A stretch of DNA of 32,000 nucleotides from NCBI RefSeq assembly GCF_000812185.1, contig NZ_CP007026.1:525222-557221 (forward strand). The letters run 5' to 3'. This DNA comes from Candidatus Nitrosopelagicus brevis (GTDB lineage Archaea > Thermoproteota > Nitrososphaeria > Nitrososphaerales > Nitrosopumilaceae). Positions 29,839-32,000 of the stretch are shown here, piece by piece. The notes beneath the pieces are model-generated. The model made no database searches. It was not told the DNA's origin and worked only from the letters and a program-made list of their open reading frames with translations. How positions within the stretch are numbered: the stretch's first letter is position 1; the number at the start of each line of letters is the position of its first letter. The position numbers were made by a program, and so were the translations under genes.

Positions 29839-29852
29839 TTTTTCATATTCAG

Positions 29853-29860
29853 TTATATTT
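29853..29860 (+). promoter_or_regulatory. TATA box TTATATTT, 32 nt upstream of ATG 29885
   Basis: Position and sequence. Confidence 0.5.
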
Positions 29861-29884
29861 TGTGGAATTTGATTTAACACGTAC

Positions 29885-30442
29885 ATGAAACTTGTAATTG
29901 GAATCACTGGAAGTACTGGTGTAATCTATGGTATTCGCTTACTAGAGGTTCTAAAAGAAAAAGGAATTGAGACAAATCTCGTAATGTCTGAATGGGCAAA
30001 AAAATGTATTCCAATGGAGACAAAACATGATGTTGCATATGTTGAATCTCTTGCTACTGAAGTAACTGATGAAAACAACATGGCTGCAAACGTCTCAAGT
30101 GGAAGTCACAAAACTGATGGAATGATTGTAATTCCTTGTACAATGAAAACACTTTCAAGTATTGCAAATGGTTATGATGAAACTTTGGTTGCTCGTGCTG
30201 CAGGTGTTACCATAAAAGAAGTTAGAAAATTAATCTTGGTTGCAAGAGAAACACCTCTATCTGCCATTCATCTTGAAAACATGCTAAAACTTGCCCGACT
30301 AGATGTTGTGATAATGCCTCCTGTAACTGAGTTTTATACAAATCCAACATCAATTGACGCTATGGTTGATCATATTGTAGGCAAATGTCTTGACCAATTT
30401 GATATTGAACATGATTTGTTTACTAGATGGGGAAGCAAATAG
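29885..30442 (+). CDS. ubiX: Flavin prenyltransferase UbiX
   Basis: Matches E. coli UbiX along its length as I recall it: KLVIGITGSTGVIYGIRLL, SSGSHKTDGMIVIPCTMKTLSSIA, ARETPLS..HLENM, VIMPPV.EFY. Confidence 0.92.
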   Translation: MKLVIGITGSTGVIYGIRLLEVLKEKGIETNLVMSEWAKKCIPMETKHDVAYVESLATEVTDENNMAANVSSGSHKTDGMIVIPCTMKTLSSIANGYDETLVARAAGVTIKEVRKLILVARETPLSAIHLENMLKLARLDVVIMPPVTEFYTNPTSIDAMVDHIVGKCLDQFDIEHDLFTRWGSK

Positions 30443-30479
30443 CCCAAAATATTTTACACTAGTTTTAATCTGAAAATTT

Positions 30480-30899
30480 ATGTTAAAGATATCTTTTGAA
30501 AGAAAAATTAATGCTGATATTGAAAAATCTTTTGATATAATTACAAATTTTGAAAATTTTCAAAAACTATTCCCCGAGTTTTATCCTTCCATTTTGATAA
30601 AGTCTGTTAGAGATGAGAGTTCTCTTGTTGCAGAGCATCTAAAACTTCATGATTCTGAATTTATCATTATGTCCAAACATTTCTTTTCACGTCCTCATAC
30701 ACATGAGATGCGCGTTGTGGGTGGAGATATCAAAGGAAGCAGCATCAATGAAATTTTTAGTTCTGAAGATGGAAAAACTACTCTCAAAGTTATTGCGGAA
30801 TTAGATGTAAAATCATCTCGTTTTTCAAAAAATAATTCATACAAAGATTCTTTGAATAAATTATATGATAAAATGATCTCAGAAATTGAGAAATCTTAA
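30480..30899 (+). CDS. SRPBCC (polyketide cyclase/START-like) family protein
   Basis: 139 aa. INADIEKSFDIITNFENFQKLFPEF near the N-terminus, a beta-rich middle and a C-terminal helix. AATATTTT lies 32 nt upstream. Confidence 0.6.
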   Translation: MLKISFERKINADIEKSFDIITNFENFQKLFPEFYPSILIKSVRDESSLVAEHLKLHDSEFIIMSKHFFSRPHTHEMRVVGGDIKGSSINEIFSSEDGKTTLKVIAELDVKSSRFSKNNSYKDSLNKLYDKMISEIEKS

Positions 30900-31093
30900 T
30901 CTTTACTTTCTTTGAACTCTTTTAGTTCTTTATCTGCTTCAATTTCTCCTTTCTTGTATTCGCCTTTAGCTTTACCAAATGTTTTTGCTAGTTCTGGTAT
31001 TTTCTTTGCTCCAAATAGCAATACACCTGCGGCCACGATTACAATAATCCATTCGCTTCCTCCTGGAATGAAATTGAATAAGCTCTCAATCAT
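30896..31093 (-). CDS. tatA: Twin-arginine translocase subunit TatA/E
   Basis: 65 aa. GGSEWIIVIVAAGVLLFGAKKIPELAKTFGKAKGEYKKG is the TM helix, hinge Gly and amphipathic helix signature. Confidence 0.85.
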   Translation of the reverse strand: MIESLFNFIPGGSEWIIVIVAAGVLLFGAKKIPELAKTFGKAKGEYKKGEIEADKELKEFKESKD

Positions 31094-31118
31094 GATTCAT
31101 CTAGTGATAAATTCTCAT

Positions 31119-31910
31119 TTAAGTCTTGATGGTCTGCTTTTCTTGTCTTTCTGCAACTACCATGCCTGCAAAATATAATGCAATCATTGGTAATGATACA
31201 AACCACATTGTAACTCCGCTACCATCGGGCGTAATTACTGCACCAAATACAATTATGGCAATAATTGCATATCGCAAATTCCTTCTCCAAAATTTGGCAT
31301 CTACTAAACCTGAAAGACTGACCGCATACATTATGAGCGGCAACTGGAATGAAATACCAAATGCTAACAAGAACTGTAAAACAAATGTAACAAAATCCAT
31401 AATGTTCAAAAATGTTACCAAACCTGCAGATTCTCCATACCTGTAAAGAAAATCTAAAATAAATGGAATTACAGCTGCATATGAAAATGCACATCCTGTA
31501 ATGAACAAACCTATTGCTGGAAGTGTTATTGAGCGCCCAACATGAATCTCTCTTTCTCTCAATGCAGGTTTCAAAAATGATATGAATTCTCTAACAATGA
31601 TTGGTATGCTTAGAACAATTCCGATTAGTGCTGCAATGTATACTTGGGAGAAAAATGCTTGTCCTGGTGCGGTTTGAATTAACTGAACTCCATCTGGAAC
31701 TAGTTCTCCTTTCATTACATTTGTAAACTGGGCTGCAATGTTGTTTAGCGGTTCTGGGTATGGATAATACAATGTTACTCCCATGACATCAAATGGTGTT
31801 GCATGAAATGTTAGAATGAATACTGTAATAACTAGAATAGAAATTATTGAACGAATTACTCTTTTTCTCAGTTCCTCAATGTGTGTATTTATCTCATTAA
31901 TCTCTGACAT
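31119..31910 (-). CDS. tatC: Twin-arginine translocase subunit TatC
   Basis: 263 aa with six predicted TM helices. The N-terminus (HIEELRKRVIRSIISILV) and overall pattern are typical of TatC. Sits adjacent to tatA. Confidence 0.88.
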   Translation of the reverse strand: MSEINEINTHIEELRKRVIRSIISILVITVFILTFHATPFDVMGVTLYYPYPEPLNNIAAQFTNVMKGELVPDGVQLIQTAPGQAFFSQVYIAALIGIVLSIPIIVREFISFLKPALREREIHVGRSITLPAIGLFITGCAFSYAAVIPFILDFLYRYGESAGLVTFLNIMDFVTFVLQFLLAFGISFQLPLIMYAVSLSGLVDAKFWRRNLRYAIIAIIVFGAVITPDGSGVTMWFVSLPMIALYFAGMVVAERQEKQTIKT

Positions 31911-32000
31911 CTAAATTCCATAATGGCATGTCTTCAACAAAAATGTTTCAAATTTCCTAGGTAGGAATTGGGAGAAGTTTTGCTTCTGGATATCCCCATT
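31911..32000 (-). CDS. Possible 3' end of an unidentified gene entering from beyond the window end
   Basis: Open minus-strand frame from 32000 to TAG at 31913-31911 (...NGDIQKQNFSQFLPRKFETFLLKTCHYGI*), abutting the tatC ATG. Too short to identify. Confidence 0.3.
   Translation of the reverse strand, partial: NGDIQKQNFSQFLPRKFETFLLKTCHYGI

Noticed and set aside
29641-29907. 88-aa minus-strand ORF between purP and ubiX
   Set aside because: It overlaps the ubiX start and the purP start region, has an odd composition, and would contain the purP and ubiX TATA boxes. The plus-strand micro-ORF is the more plausible coding feature.
30453-31110. Single weaker matches to the TAGTG motif: TAGTGTAAAA on the minus strand at 30462-30453, and TAGTGATAA at 31102-31110 between tatC and tatA
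   Set aside because: These are isolated, imperfect, unphased copies. TAGTG alone is expected by chance at this base composition. I did not count them as part of the candidate regulon, and they warn that motif specificity needs a genome-wide test.
30912-31494. ORFs of 88, 106 and 91 aa overlapping tatA/tatC
   Set aside because: These are alternative frames or antisense of clearly recognisable TatA and TatC genes.
1-32000. Search by eye for tRNA, rRNA, C/D-box sRNA, integrase/transposase genes and long terminal or inverted repeats
   Set aside because: No GC-rich cloverleaf-like segment, rRNA-like stretch or mobile-element gene was seen. All longer intergenic regions are AT-rich promoter spacers. 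A covariance-model scan would be needed to exclude small RNAs.

Overview
AT-rich, gene-dense archaeal chromosome segment, probably from a marine ammonia-oxidising thaumarchaeon (Nitrosopumilus-like). This placement is an inference from gene content: a PEFG-CTERM cupredoxin, family-B polymerase, PurP, TatAC, and TATA boxes about 28-32 nt upstream of start codons. I call about 45 protein-coding genes. I saw no rRNA, tRNA, CRISPR array or IS element. Positions 1-6.2 kb hold a tight minus-strand operon (dCMP deaminase, PolB, PQ-loop protein, TIM, PPDK) and a Hef-like helicase. Positions 6.6-9.5 kb hold two paralogous genes sharing a ~100-aa N-terminal domain; one is extended into an 839-aa repeat-rich coiled-coil protein with three near-identical 138-bp tandem repeats. 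Positions 9.5-20.4 kb hold an M1 aminopeptidase, a blue-copper protein, a coiled-coil/JAMM pair, two ABC permeases without partners, and an HD-GNAT fusion. The most interesting part is 20.4-26.5 kb. It encodes a protein whose cobalamin-binding module carries the full CarH photoreceptor signature (Wx9EH, ExHxxG-x41-SxT-x26-GG) but lacks a MerR domain. That gene is followed by a DICT-like gene. Nearby lie a wHTH gene, a MEDS-like gene and two divergent operons of unknown function. Three promoter regions in this stretch share a clustered TAGTG[C/G](C)TAA motif with about 19-20 bp phasing. I interpret this as a candidate light/B12-responsive regulon, which is unproven. The rest of the window (26.5-32 kb) holds a PIN-like two-gene cassette, a Cys-motif membrane protein, a BFN-domain protein, PurP, UbiX, an SRPBCC protein and TatA/TatC.
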